From Desulfatiglandales bacterium (GTDB lineage: Bacteria; Desulfobacterota; DSM-4660; Desulfatiglandales; Desulfatiglandaceae): a DNA stretch of 64,000 nucleotides. The position numbers and the translations under genes are program-made. The stretch is taken from positions 1,152,001-1,216,000 of the forward strand of contig OY759599.1 in assembly GCA_963662465.1 (NCBI GenBank), written 5' to 3'. A model generated the notes under the pieces. The model worked only from the letters and a program-made list of their open reading frames with translations, ran no database searches and was not told where the DNA came from. Below, in pieces: positions 9,200 to 19,534 of this stretch. How positions within the stretch are numbered: the stretch's first letter is position 1; each line of letters opens with the position of its first letter.

Positions 9200-11168
9200 C
9201 GTGAGTTTACGAAATAACCGCACCTTAATCAAATAAATCGTGTATTTTTTGATAGTTACAGATTTAAAGTGTACCCCCTAACTTTAATGAACCATGAAAT
9301 GCAGGTATAGCTTGACATAAACGTGTTTTTTGTGATATTTGTACCCCCTAATAATGCATTCTTTGAGGGGGAATACATGTTTTATGGCATATATTACTCG
9401 CAAACAGATCAAAGGCATCACCTATTATTACGCTGAGGAAAGTGAGCGGGTAGATGGGAAGCCTCGACGAAAATGGCAAAAATATTTAGGATCTTTACCG
9501 AAAATAATTGCAGCCGTAGAGGGAATACCTCCAAAACCGACATATGCAGAGATATTTCAGCTTGGTGGTCCCGCAGCCTATTTAAACATTGCTGAAGAAA
9601 TCAATATGATCTCGATTCTTGATAGTGTTTTATCTAAACGAAATCAAGGATTATCTGTTGGGTTCTATTTGACTTTGGCTGCGATAAACCGTGGAATAGA
9701 GGCTGTTAGTAAACGTTCTATGTGGAAATGGTTTCAGGATACTATTCTTTTTCGAGTATTTCCTGAAGCGGATAAAACGTCTCTGAGTTCCCAACGTTTT
9801 TGGGATAACATGTCTTCCATTAAGGAGGATAAAATAATAATAACATGGTTAAAACTTGTAAATTCAATCTTGGATCGAGAAGATATTGATTTGTCTTGCG
9901 CATCTTATGATGGAACTAATTTCTATTCTTTCATTGGATCTTTCAATACACGTTGCTCTCTTGCAAAAAGAGGAAAAAATAAACAGGGGCGCGGTAACCT
10001 CAGACAAATCAATTATGCATTGTTTTGCACACGCAAGGACCATTTTCCATTATACTTTGATGTGTTTGAAGGCAACACGCATGATTCGAAAGAGTTTGGA
10101 ATAGTAATTGAAAACTTTTTCCGTGCCTTTAAAGATAGGAAACCAAATAACGATGGCTTAACAATCGTATTTGATAAAGGCAATAACTCTCAAGAAAACC
10201 TAAATAAATTCGTAGGGGACTCCGGTTTTCATTTTGTCGGTTCAGTCAAGCCGGATGATCATAAGGATTTAGCTTTAATTTCCAATAACGATAAATGTCT
10301 TGTTCCCCTCTCACATCCCAAATTGGATCAGGTTAAGGCATTTCGCACACAGAAAAAAATATATGGAAAAGACCTGACTGTTGTGGTTTCCTTCAACAAC
10401 AATCTTTATACTTCACAAATAAAATCCATTAATAATGAAATAAATAAATGTCTTGGCAAACTTTTAGTTATTTCTACCAAATTAGAAGACCGTGTTGCGG
10501 GAAGAATCACCAAAGGAAAAACACCGACCAAGGAATCCATAAAAAAACAAGTAGCATCAACTCTTTCCGGTCAACATATGAAGACTTTAATCAAAACAAC
10601 TGTTACTGAACATAATGGTATTCCGGTTCTTGCCTATAATTTAGACACCAACTCTTATGCTGAGCTTTCCGATACATATTTGGGGAAAAATATCATCATA
10701 ACAGACAACCATAGCTGGTCGACAGAAGATATTATAGTTACTTATCGAAGCCAGTATGTTATTGAGAACGTTTTTAAACAAATGAAAGACAGAAAAACTG
10801 GAACCTGGTGGCCCATGTTTCATTGGACAGACCAGAAGATAAAGGTTCATGGACTATATTGTTCATTATCCTTGCTTCTTCGAGCCTTGATAATGAAAAG
10901 GACTCAGGAAGCATCAATGCCTATGTCCATAAATAGACTACATAATAAACTTTTCGGAATACGAGAAGTTCTCAATGTATTTCCGAAACGAAAAAATAAA
11001 CAGCCAGCGCAATCGGTTGTTTCCAAGATGGATGAAGTCCAAAAACGGCTTTTCGATCTATTCAAAATGGAACAATATTTGCTAAGTTAGGGGGTACAAA
11101 TGGTGGTGAAATTTTTTAGACATAACAGCAAGTTACAAGATTGACTTTTGCTAATTCGTAAACTCAGG
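9200..11168 (+). mobile_element. IS1634-family-like insertion sequence
   Basis: Terminal IR C(G/C)TGAGTTTACGAA at both ends, CTAG on both flanks (9196-9199, 11169-11172), AT-rich interior. Confidence 0.85.
9384..11090 (+). CDS. tnp: IS1634-family DDE transposase
   Basis: SYDGTNFY, RGKNKQGR, VFDKGN, YRSQYVIENVFKQMK motifs. Confidence 0.9.
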   Translation: MAYITRKQIKGITYYYAEESERVDGKPRRKWQKYLGSLPKIIAAVEGIPPKPTYAEIFQLGGPAAYLNIAEEINMISILDSVLSKRNQGLSVGFYLTLAAINRGIEAVSKRSMWKWFQDTILFRVFPEADKTSLSSQRFWDNMSSIKEDKIIITWLKLVNSILDREDIDLSCASYDGTNFYSFIGSFNTRCSLAKRGKNKQGRGNLRQINYALFCTRKDHFPLYFDVFEGNTHDSKEFGIVIENFFRAFKDRKPNNDGLTIVFDKGNNSQENLNKFVGDSGFHFVGSVKPDDHKDLALISNNDKCLVPLSHPKLDQVKAFRTQKKIYGKDLTVVVSFNNNLYTSQIKSINNEINKCLGKLLVISTKLEDRVAGRITKGKTPTKESIKKQVASTLSGQHMKTLIKTTVTEHNGIPVLAYNLDTNSYAELSDTYLGKNIIITDNHSWSTEDIIVTYRSQYVIENVFKQMKDRKTGTWWPMFHWTDQKIKVHGLYCSLSLLLRALIMKRTQEASMPMSINRLHNKLFGIREVLNVFPKRKNKQPAQSVVSKMDEVQKRLFDLFKMEQYLLS

Positions 11169-11176
11169 CTAGGTTC

Positions 11177-12748
11177 CTAAACCCTTATTTCCACCTCTCT
11201 TTTCAGCTCGGTTTTCACCTGCCCGATGAGTACTTCTTTCCGATGAAAGATTCCGGCGGCCAGGGCTGATTCGGCCTGAGTTTTGGTGAAAACATCGAGG
11301 AAATGTTCCGCGCACCCGGCGCCGCTGGAGGCAATCACGGGGATGGAGACCGCCCCTTTGACCGCGTTGATGAATTCCAGATCAAACCCCTGGCCCGTGC
11401 CGTCCCGGTCGATGCAATTGAGCAGGATCTCCCCGGCCCCCAACTTTTCACAGACTTGCGCCAGGGTTACCGCGTCAAGGTCTCGACCCTCTCTGCCCCC
11501 CTTGATGGTGCATTGATACCAGCAATAGGATTCGCCATTGGGGCCCGGGATTTTGGTCTTGATGACGTGGTGTTTGACCGCTTCAGGCGTTTTCACATAT
11601 ACGCGCCTGGGATCGACGGATATCACCACGGCCTGGTTTCCATAGACCCGGGCGATTTCTTCAATGGCGCTTCGGCCGGTTTTAACGCCGGTTTTAAGAT
11701 ACGCTTCAGCAATCAGGACGGCATCGCCGCCGATGGATATCTTATCCGCGCCGGATCTGAAATATTTTGCGGCGACCTCCAGTGATGTATAGGTTTTGCC
11801 GTCCTTGTCCGTGTAGTCCCGAATGCCGCCGCCGATGGTGAGGGGGACAAAGACATTTTCGGATGTTTTCCGGAGTACTTCCAGCATGGGCATATCTTCC
11901 AGGGGGAAATCCCTGAAACCGGTGATGTTGAGGAAGGTGATTTCGTCGGCGCCCTCCTCGTAGTACCTGCGGGCCAGGTTCACTGGTTTTCCCAGATTGC
12001 GGACATCTCCGTTTTCTCTCACATCATATCGGTCCCCCTTGGTCACCACCAGATCTCCCCGGTCGTTGGTGCGAACGTCCAGACAGGCAATGATGCGTTT
12101 GGCCAGACGGGTTGATTTCGATATTTGTGGGGGTATGGCTGTTTCAACGTCAGCCTTAAGGAAGTTTTTTAAAAGAGAAAGTCCGGATTTGCCGCTTTTT
12201 TCCGGGTGAAACTGGGTGGCGGCAACACGCCCTTTCTGAATGGCGCTGACGAACCGATAACCGTAGTCGGTTGTGGTTAGCACAAAATCATCCGTATCTG
12301 GGCGTACGTGGTAGGAATGAACGAAATAAAACTTCTCGTTTCCCTCAAGTCCGGCAAACAACCTGGATGGCTGATGGATATTCAGACCGTTCCACCCGAT
12401 GTGGGGGACGGAAAGGTCGATGTTAAACCGCTTCACGGTCCCCGGGATGAAGCCCAGACCCGGGATGTTTGGGGCTTCCTCGCTCTTTTCAAAGAGCGCC
12501 TGGAGGCCCAGGCAGATGCCCAGGAAGGGGCGATCGGCTTCGAGATAGGCTTTTAGAGGTGCAACGAATTGCTTTTCATTCAGGATTTTCATCATATTGC
12601 CAAAAGCCCCTACACCGGGGAAAACCAGCTTTTCGGCGGAAATAATGTCTTCTCCCCTTTTGACAAGTTGTACCCGTTCACCAAGATGTTCGATGGCGTT
12701 GATGACGCTTCTGACGTTTCCTGCACCGTAATCCAGCAAGGTGATCAT
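11177..12748 (-). CDS. hisHF: Bifunctional imidazole glycerol phosphate synthase (HisH-HisF fusion)
   Basis: N-terminal class I GATase (GICLG, QFHPEKS) fused to HisF barrel (RIIACLDV, IPVIASSGAG). Confidence 0.95.
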   Translation of the reverse strand: MITLLDYGAGNVRSVINAIEHLGERVQLVKRGEDIISAEKLVFPGVGAFGNMMKILNEKQFVAPLKAYLEADRPFLGICLGLQALFEKSEEAPNIPGLGFIPGTVKRFNIDLSVPHIGWNGLNIHQPSRLFAGLEGNEKFYFVHSYHVRPDTDDFVLTTTDYGYRFVSAIQKGRVAATQFHPEKSGKSGLSLLKNFLKADVETAIPPQISKSTRLAKRIIACLDVRTNDRGDLVVTKGDRYDVRENGDVRNLGKPVNLARRYYEEGADEITFLNITGFRDFPLEDMPMLEVLRKTSENVFVPLTIGGGIRDYTDKDGKTYTSLEVAAKYFRSGADKISIGGDAVLIAEAYLKTGVKTGRSAIEEIARVYGNQAVVISVDPRRVYVKTPEAVKHHVIKTKIPGPNGESYCWYQCTIKGGREGRDLDAVTLAQVCEKLGAGEILLNCIDRDGTGQGFDLEFINAVKGAVSIPVIASSGAGCAEHFLDVFTKTQAESALAAGIFHRKEVLIGQVKTELKREVEIRV

Positions 12749-12926
12749 GTGTTGTTTCCTATTCCGTTCGGATTTTTTGTTCCCCTATTTTCAAGGGTAA
12801 GATATGGAGGTTGCTTAACAGCCAGGATTTGGGTTATACAAAATACCGGCCTGATTGTAAAGTTTCAGTCAGGACTGAAACGCGTCTTTTCGCACGGATT
12901 GGCTTTTTTGAAAGGGAAAAGTACTC

Positions 12927-13694
12927 ATGCGTGTCACCAGCATCCAGATGGAAATAAAGGACAGATCTAAGGAAAAAAATCTCGGAGCCGCATTAGCCCT
13001 GGTGGACCAGGCGCCGCCAAGCGACTTGATACTGCTTCCGGAGTTGTGGCCCAGTGGTTATTTTTCATTTCATCGTTATGCAAGCGACAGTGAGCCCATC
13101 GATGGTCCAACGGTTTCAGCCTTGCGGAAAAAAGCGTCGGAATTGGGAACCCATCTTTTAATGGGAAGCCTGGTGCTGAGAGAAGACGATGATCTGTTCA
13201 ACGCGGCGCTTCTTCTGGGGCCTGATGGCGAGATTATCGCCCAGTACCGAAAAATTCATCTTTTCGGATACCAGTCGGAAGAGCGAAAACTGTTGCAGCC
13301 CGGTAAAAAACCGGTGGTAGCGGACCTGCCATGGGGCAAGATGGGGATTACCACCTGCTATGATCTGCGATTTCCGGAGCTTTACAGGTTGATGGTGGAT
13401 CAGGGCGCGGGGTTTTTTCTGGCGCCGTCTGCCTGGCCCATGGCTCGCTTGGACGCGTGGCGGTTGTTCAACCGGGCGCGGGCGCACGAAAATCTGGCCT
13501 ATCTGTTTTCCTGTAATTGTGCAGGCAGGGGAGAAGGCATTCCCTTCGCCGGTCATAGCATGATCGTTGATCCGAGTGGGGCCGTGCTGGCGGAAGGTGG
13601 GGAAGGTGGGTGCTTTGTTTCAGCGGAAATTGATCCCGATCGTGTTTCGAAAGTGCGTGGAGAATTCTCCGCCCTGCATGACCGGGTGTTGTGA
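12927..13694 (+). CDS. Carbon-nitrogen hydrolase (nitrilase family)
   Basis: LPELW, YRKIHLF, TCYDLRFPE triad. Confidence 0.92.
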   Translation: MRVTSIQMEIKDRSKEKNLGAALALVDQAPPSDLILLPELWPSGYFSFHRYASDSEPIDGPTVSALRKKASELGTHLLMGSLVLREDDDLFNAALLLGPDGEIIAQYRKIHLFGYQSEERKLLQPGKKPVVADLPWGKMGITTCYDLRFPELYRLMVDQGAGFFLAPSAWPMARLDAWRLFNRARAHENLAYLFSCNCAGRGEGIPFAGHSMIVDPSGAVLAEGGEGGCFVSAEIDPDRVSKVRGEFSALHDRVL

Positions 13695-13735
13695 TCAATT
13701 GGGGGTTTTTACTTCCATTAAAAAGGGGTGTCAAA

Positions 13736-14950
13736 ATGGTTCGAAGCTATGATATCGGTTTGAAACAAGCCCTTTCCTTAACCCTTGGGGCCGTGAAAAC
13801 CCTGCCTGCGGTGTCGATGCCCGTGCATGAGGTATGTGACCGGGTGGCGGCTGAGGATCTAACGGCGGTGGTGGATTGCCCCTCGGCTACGTCTTCTATG
13901 CGGGACGGGTATGCGGTGGTTTCCTCGGATATTGCCAAGGCTTCCCCCGGAAATGGTATTCCACTCAGGATTTCCGGGACCCTGGCCGCGGGAGATGCCG
14001 CAAAAAAAACCGTTCAATCCGGGTATGCCATCAATGTACTGACGGGCGCCGTGATTCCAAAAGGGGCCGATGCCGTGGTGTCCGTGGAGTTTACGGAAAT
14101 GCAGGGTGAAAGGGTCATTTGTCATCGGGATGCGCCGCCGGGATGCAATCTTCTTTCCCGTGGCAGCGATGTTTCGGTTGGAGGATCCATCGTGAGTCGG
14201 GGCCAGATGTTGACGCCTGCGTTGACCGGGCTGCTGGCAGCTGGCGGCGTACACCATGTCAAGGTATTCCCTTCCCCCCGGGTGGCGGTTGCGGCCACGG
14301 GTGACGAGGTGATCGCGCCGGGGCATCCCCTCAGGTCCGGCCAGTTATATGCCAGCAATGTGGTGACCCTCTATTCGTGGCTGCGTCATTTCGGCATGCC
14401 GGGAGAAACCGTCGTTGCTCGGGATGACCCGGATGAACTTGAAAAGACTTTCAGCCGCTTGCTTTCGAAAAATGATGCCCTTTTGACCAGCGGCGGCGCC
14501 TGGAAAAGCGAGCGGGATCTCACCACCAAAGTTCTGGATAAAATGGGCTGGGAAATGTTTTTCCACCGTGTCCGCATCGGTCCCGGAAAGGCCGTGGCCT
14601 TGGGGATTCTGGATGGCAAACCGATCTTTTGCCTTCCCGGCGGTCCCCCGTCCAATGAGATGGCATTTTTGCAGATTGCGCTCCCCGGACTCCTTCGGAT
14701 GGCGGGAAAACCAACGGCGCCGTTTCCACTTAAAAAAGTACGGCTGGCGGAGGAGGTGAGTGGGGATGTCACATGGACCCAGTTTTTTCAGGCAACCCTT
14801 GAAAAAAGGGGAGGGGAGTGGTGGGCCATTCCCCATCGCATGAAAAGTCGGATTCAGTCCCAGGCCCGGGCCCAGGTCCTGATCAAGATTCCGGAAGGGG
14901 TGGCGTGTCTGGCGGCCGGAAACATCATCGAGGTGCAGGTGTTTTTTTGA
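13736..14950 (+). CDS. moeA: Molybdopterin molybdotransferase
   Basis: SMRDGYAV, TGAVIPKGADAV, TGDEV, TSGG, LPGGP. Confidence 0.92.
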   Translation: MVRSYDIGLKQALSLTLGAVKTLPAVSMPVHEVCDRVAAEDLTAVVDCPSATSSMRDGYAVVSSDIAKASPGNGIPLRISGTLAAGDAAKKTVQSGYAINVLTGAVIPKGADAVVSVEFTEMQGERVICHRDAPPGCNLLSRGSDVSVGGSIVSRGQMLTPALTGLLAAGGVHHVKVFPSPRVAVAATGDEVIAPGHPLRSGQLYASNVVTLYSWLRHFGMPGETVVARDDPDELEKTFSRLLSKNDALLTSGGAWKSERDLTTKVLDKMGWEMFFHRVRIGPGKAVALGILDGKPIFCLPGGPPSNEMAFLQIALPGLLRMAGKPTAPFPLKKVRLAEEVSGDVTWTQFFQATLEKRGGEWWAIPHRMKSRIQSQARAQVLIKIPEGVACLAAGNIIEVQVFF

Positions 14951-14954
14951 GGAT
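14771..14954 (+). repeat. moeA 3' end, copy 1 of direct repeat
   Basis: Matches 31846..32026 (e.g. GGGGAGGGGAGTGGTGGGCCAT, CTGATCAAGATTCCGGAAGGGG). Confidence 0.9.
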
Positions 14955-15905
14955 GACAAAACACTATGAACAGTGGGCATTCTTCATTTCTCGGTTTACA
15001 CTTTTGTTCCCATGTGAGTAAGCAGGTAATACAAACCCCATAAATCCTTTGCCATCGCCCACGGGCTGGAATGAGAGATGCAATATGGACTTGATCAAAC
15101 ATGTCAGCATTGAAGGTTTCAAATCCATCAAGACCCTTGATCGGCTGGAACTGGGTGCGATCAATGTGATGATAGGCCCCAATGGATCCGGCAAATCCAA
15201 TTTCATCAGCTTTTTCCAGTTGCTCAATTATGCCATGACGGAATCGCTGCAGGATTACATCAAAAAAAGAGGATTTGCCGAAAGCTTTTTGTGTCTGGGC
15301 TCAAAAACCACTTCTCGGATACGGGGCGAATTGGAGTTCGGCACGGAGAATGGGACAAACCGGTATCGGTTTACACTTGTTGCCGCTGCCGGGGACATTC
15401 TGATATTTTCGGAAGAAAGCATTTTCTTTCAAGCCAATGGCCATCCACGGCTTATCGAAAACACCCTGGATCCGGGAGGCAGGGAAAGCGCCTTGCCGAA
15501 GGCAACAATCCCGCCACTCAATCATGCTGAAATGGCCACGGCCCGAGCCATCTCGAACCAGCTTTCGAGAAAGCGCGTTTACCAATTCCACGACACCTCC
15601 ATGGAATCGCGACTTAGAAAGGCAACCTTTCTGGATGACAATCGCTATCTCCGGTCCGACGGCGGAAACCTCCCCGCTGTCCTTTTTCGATTGCAGCAAG
15701 ACAGGTCCGATTATTACCGAAGAATCATCAGAGTTCCTGGTAAATGACCTTTACGCAACTTAACTGTTTGAAATCGTTATACTGGAGCTTCTCATAATTT
15801 CGTGTGCATTTCAGATTTTAGTGCAGCGTAACTAGCTGAAAATATTAGGTGGGGCAAAATATTTTTTTTATTGACAAATGAAAACTGAAAAATTATCTTC
15901 AGACC

Positions 15906-18173
15906 ATGATTGTCAAAACAGAAAAAATTAGCGACCTATCCATATGGACCGAGCGGGATTGGAAGGAAAAAATCACTGTTACGGTTTATCATGAGTATCG
16001 TCCTGTCGTCAGTTTCGATCCTGGGAAGATAAATGATAGGAGACTCGCTGCCGTACAACTTGTCGAGCTTGGTTATTGTAAAAACCGGGTTGCCGGTAAA
16101 ATCTGTGGGTTTCACCGCAATACGGTTGGCAAACTGCTTCGCACCAAAAGACTTTTAGGTGTTGAGGCCATATTTGAGGACAACCGTGGTCCCAAGGCTC
16201 CCTGGAAATATATTGGCAGCATTCGCAAAACCATCAAAAAACTTATCCGCGAGAATCCTGACTGGACTGACCAGCAGATTGCAAATGCCGCGGAAAAGCA
16301 AACTGAAACGACTATTTCGAGAAGTGCTGTAGCTCGTATCAGAACCGCGGACCAAGATGCAGAAACTGAAAAGCCTACAAAGCATGACTTGGAGCAACTG
16401 GCTAAAATTGCGGATAGTATTGATTTGAAGCAACACGACGAGCGACAGCTTTCTTTCAACTTTGAGGCTGATTCTGAGTTCAAAAAGAAGGTAGATGAAT
16501 TTGCTGATGAGGATACACCCAAGCCACAAACCGATACAGATAAAGTATTCCTGGATTATCTTCAACAGGGACAACGCAATGTCTTTGCCGGCATGCTTCT
16601 TCACCATCTGTTTTTAGATCATATCAACTTCCCAAATGCCTTTGATTTGCCTTCTTATTCCAATAATATGTATGATAATTATGAAGTGATGGAAACTGTC
16701 CTTTTCGGGTTGAACATCGGGTTGCCATCTATCGAATCCCATAAGCTGGTCAACAGTAGGGACATGGGGCTTTTGCTGGGACGAACCAGTTCCCCCGATG
16801 AGACCACTATTCGGTTGCGTTTAAAACAGATGGCCGAGTTCAAGCCCTCAGAGAGCCTGATAGATTATTTCGCAAACCTGTTTCTATCGTTGGGGTTCAT
16901 CAACCCAGAGGTGTTTTTTATCGATGGGCACTTCCTTCCCTATTATGGACTGAAAGTTCTATCCAAAGGCTACCATACCGTGAGACGAATTGTCATGAAA
17001 GGAAACGAGATTTATGTTGTCAGCGACCTTGACGGGAAGCCTTTCTTTTCAATTACCGAAGGGTGTGATATCGATTTCAGGCCGATCATCATAAGAGCGG
17101 CCGACAAGATAATCAGCCTGGGTGTCGACCGCCCCATTGTGGTTTTTGATCGCGGTGGTTATGGTGTTCACTTTTTCAGTCAATTATCGAAAAGGGCTGA
17201 CTTTATTACGTGGGCCAGGTATGTGAAAAAAGATGAATTGAAAGACTTGGAATATACGAGCTGCTTGATGTTTAATGGGAAAAGATATCTCATTGCCGAG
17301 AAAACAAAACTGATTCGTGAATCGATTTCTACAGCTGCCAAAGAAGGCCGAACAGAGGCAACTTCGACAGAAGTACGTATGGTTGTTTTCAAGGAATTGG
17401 ACAAGGATAGACCTGTGGCAATATATACCAGCAATCATCAAAAGCCTGCTCCTGATATTGCCGCATATATGCTTTCACGATGGGGAGAGTCTGAAAACTT
17501 TTTCAAAGAGATGATGTCCCTGTACAACTTCAATTATCATCCCGGTTATGATCTTAAAGAACTTGAAGAACAGCCTCTTGTAGATAATCCTGAGGTAAAA
17601 ACAATCAAAAAAACGATCAAGGGAATTAAACAAAAGATGGGGCAATTGGCGCTTGCAAAACAACAAACAGAGTCCAAAATAGAAGCACGAAAAGATCTTC
17701 GTCTTAAAAAAAAGCTAAACACGCTCCAGGAAGAGATAGAGAAATACGACAAAGAGCTTGACGGTTTTCAGGCAGCCTTAAAAGAAATGCCTGACAAAGT
17801 ATCGATAATTGAAGTGCTGAAAGGCAGACCAATGAACAAGGCAGATCTGGAGAAAAAGAAGCTCTACGACCTGATACAAATGATTGCCTTTCACTCACGC
17901 GAGCATCTGGTTGGCCTGTTCCGTTCATGTTATGATGATCCGCGGGATGTGAAACAGATCCTGACAAAGGTCACAAAACTCCCTGGTTATGTGAAATTAG
18001 TCGGGAAAACACTTGTTGTGCTTTTAGATTGGATAGAGGACAAAAAGCATCGGAAGGCAGCAACAAGATTTTGCCATCTGATAAACACTATGTCGCCCAA
18101 ATTGAGAGGTCGCATGGAGTTCGACCTTTATTTTCGCATCTCCTCAATCCCTCAAGTGGGTTATTGCTGTTAA
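15906..18173 (+). CDS. tnp: Large DDE transposase (755 aa) with N-terminal HTH
   Basis: FFIDGH, VVFDRGG, RWGESENFFK motifs; coiled-coil insertion. Confidence 0.85.
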   Translation: MIVKTEKISDLSIWTERDWKEKITVTVYHEYRPVVSFDPGKINDRRLAAVQLVELGYCKNRVAGKICGFHRNTVGKLLRTKRLLGVEAIFEDNRGPKAPWKYIGSIRKTIKKLIRENPDWTDQQIANAAEKQTETTISRSAVARIRTADQDAETEKPTKHDLEQLAKIADSIDLKQHDERQLSFNFEADSEFKKKVDEFADEDTPKPQTDTDKVFLDYLQQGQRNVFAGMLLHHLFLDHINFPNAFDLPSYSNNMYDNYEVMETVLFGLNIGLPSIESHKLVNSRDMGLLLGRTSSPDETTIRLRLKQMAEFKPSESLIDYFANLFLSLGFINPEVFFIDGHFLPYYGLKVLSKGYHTVRRIVMKGNEIYVVSDLDGKPFFSITEGCDIDFRPIIIRAADKIISLGVDRPIVVFDRGGYGVHFFSQLSKRADFITWARYVKKDELKDLEYTSCLMFNGKRYLIAEKTKLIRESISTAAKEGRTEATSTEVRMVVFKELDKDRPVAIYTSNHQKPAPDIAAYMLSRWGESENFFKEMMSLYNFNYHPGYDLKELEEQPLVDNPEVKTIKKTIKGIKQKMGQLALAKQQTESKIEARKDLRLKKKLNTLQEEIEKYDKELDGFQAALKEMPDKVSIIEVLKGRPMNKADLEKKKLYDLIQMIAFHSREHLVGLFRSCYDDPRDVKQILTKVTKLPGYVKLVGKTLVVLLDWIEDKKHRKAATRFCHLINTMSPKLRGRMEFDLYFRISSIPQVGYCC

Positions 18174-18227
18174 AGCCTTGCTCATCGTTTCAGCCATCCT
18201 ACGCAGGGTATCGTGTTTCGACCACAT

Positions 18228-18253
18228 GTAGGGGCGAAAAATCTTTCGCCCTA
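18228..18253. repeat. GTAG-type REP-like palindrome inside IS right end
   Basis: GTAGGGGCGAAAAATCTTTCGCCCTA; GGGCGAAA/TTTCGCCC stem after GTAG. Confidence 0.55.
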
Positions 18254-18807
18254 ATGGCCGAAACAATGATCAAGGCCGCTGTTGAACTAAATGCACAATT
18301 TGAATTGAGAAAAAACGTCATTTACTATGATGTCTGAATCATATTGCAGTTGCGACGGATGATTCCGGGGTTTCGGGCTTTTGTGCTGGAACCGGAAAAC
18401 GACCACATTTTGCTTCGATGGCGTGGCCATGATCCGGAGTATATTTTCGGTTCCCATCAGCTTTCTGACGGCAGCCTTCGCTTGATGGCATTAACGACCC
18501 TGTTCCTCCAGCCTCCGGAAGACCTACAGGATATGATCATCGTGGATGAACCTGAACTCGGTCTTCACCCCCAGGCGGAAGCCTTGCTGGCGGGTTTGAT
18601 TCGGTCGGCTTCTTCCAGGTGTCAAGTTCTACTGGCCACACAATCGGCCAGTTTTGTGGACAATTTCGAACCTGAAGATGTCATCGTTTGCGAAATGGAG
18701 GATACGGAAAGCAAGTTCCAAAGGCCGATGCGGAGTGAATTGGCTGGATGGTTGGAGGATTATTCCCTTGGCGAGGTCTGGCGGAAGAATGTCATGGGAG
18801 GCCAGCC

Positions 18808-19230
18808 ATGAGCCGTCAGGTTATCTTTTACGTGGAAGGCTACACGGAACTTGAGTTCGTCAACGAGATAATCGGTCCTCACCTGGGTGACCTTGGGATC
18901 ATCTGGCACAAGCCTATACTGGTGTCCAACAGTGTGCGCAAAGACCGAACAGCACGAGGCGGAGTCCGTAAGTACGACCCTATCCGAAAAGACCTGCGGC
19001 GACTATTGGCCCAATACCATGGGGCGGATTTCACCTTTACAACGATTCTGGATTATTATGGATTGCCCGAAGATTTCCCTTTGAGGAACGTTCCGCTTCC
19101 CGGCGTGGTCACGCCTTTGGACAAGGTTCAGGCCATTGAAAACGCTTGGAAAAATGATATTAACAGGACCTGGACCTCGCTGAAACCACGATATTGCAGT
19201 ACACTTTCCAGAACTGGAAAAATGGGTTAG
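18808..19230 (+). pseudogene. DUF4276-like (TOPRIM-like) protein, C-terminally truncated
   Basis: FYVEGYTE, GGV, TTILDYYGLP motifs; start overlaps ATPase stop; family-like sequence ends after AWKNDIN (~19163). Confidence 0.7.
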
Positions 19231-19534
19231 AGAAGCGGCCCCCGGAGGGATTACGGGACGAACACCAACGCCATATTTATAAGGGTAAGTTTGCGTTGGA
19301 TGGAACTGGATGAGACGGGGGATTTAAGCACAAGTGTTGCAATTTCAGTTAACACTAAAGTGAAAACGGGAGAAGTCCTTCACGATCTTCTCAAAATAGA
19401 CCAGCAGATGAAAGGCCGTCTTGTAAATGGGAAGATGTTCATATTGTACCAAAAAACGGCCCTGGAAAAAATGTCGCGAACAGGCCCCCCCCTGTGCCCC
19501 CTCGTTTAAATAATCAAAAGATCAAATGACCAAA

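Larger units (their letters stand above)
15729..18336 (+). mobile_element. Insertion sequence with large IS4-superfamily-like transposase
   Basis: Imperfect IR CAGA-N7-GTAAATGAC at both ends; 6-bp target duplication AATCAT (15723-15728, 18337-18342). Confidence 0.9.
15085..18811 (+). pseudogene. AAA_21/ABC-type ATPase split by IS insertion
   Basis: Walker A GPNGSGKS in 5' part; LSDGSLR signature and IVDEPELGLHP in 3' part. Removing IS and one AATCAT copy restores an in-frame 370-aa ORF (...YRRII-LQLRRMIP...). Confidence 0.9.

Noticed and set aside
19291..19509. 72-aa ORF between DUF4276 and Lcl genes
   Set aside because: TTG start, no RBS or motif; likely debris at a deletion junction.
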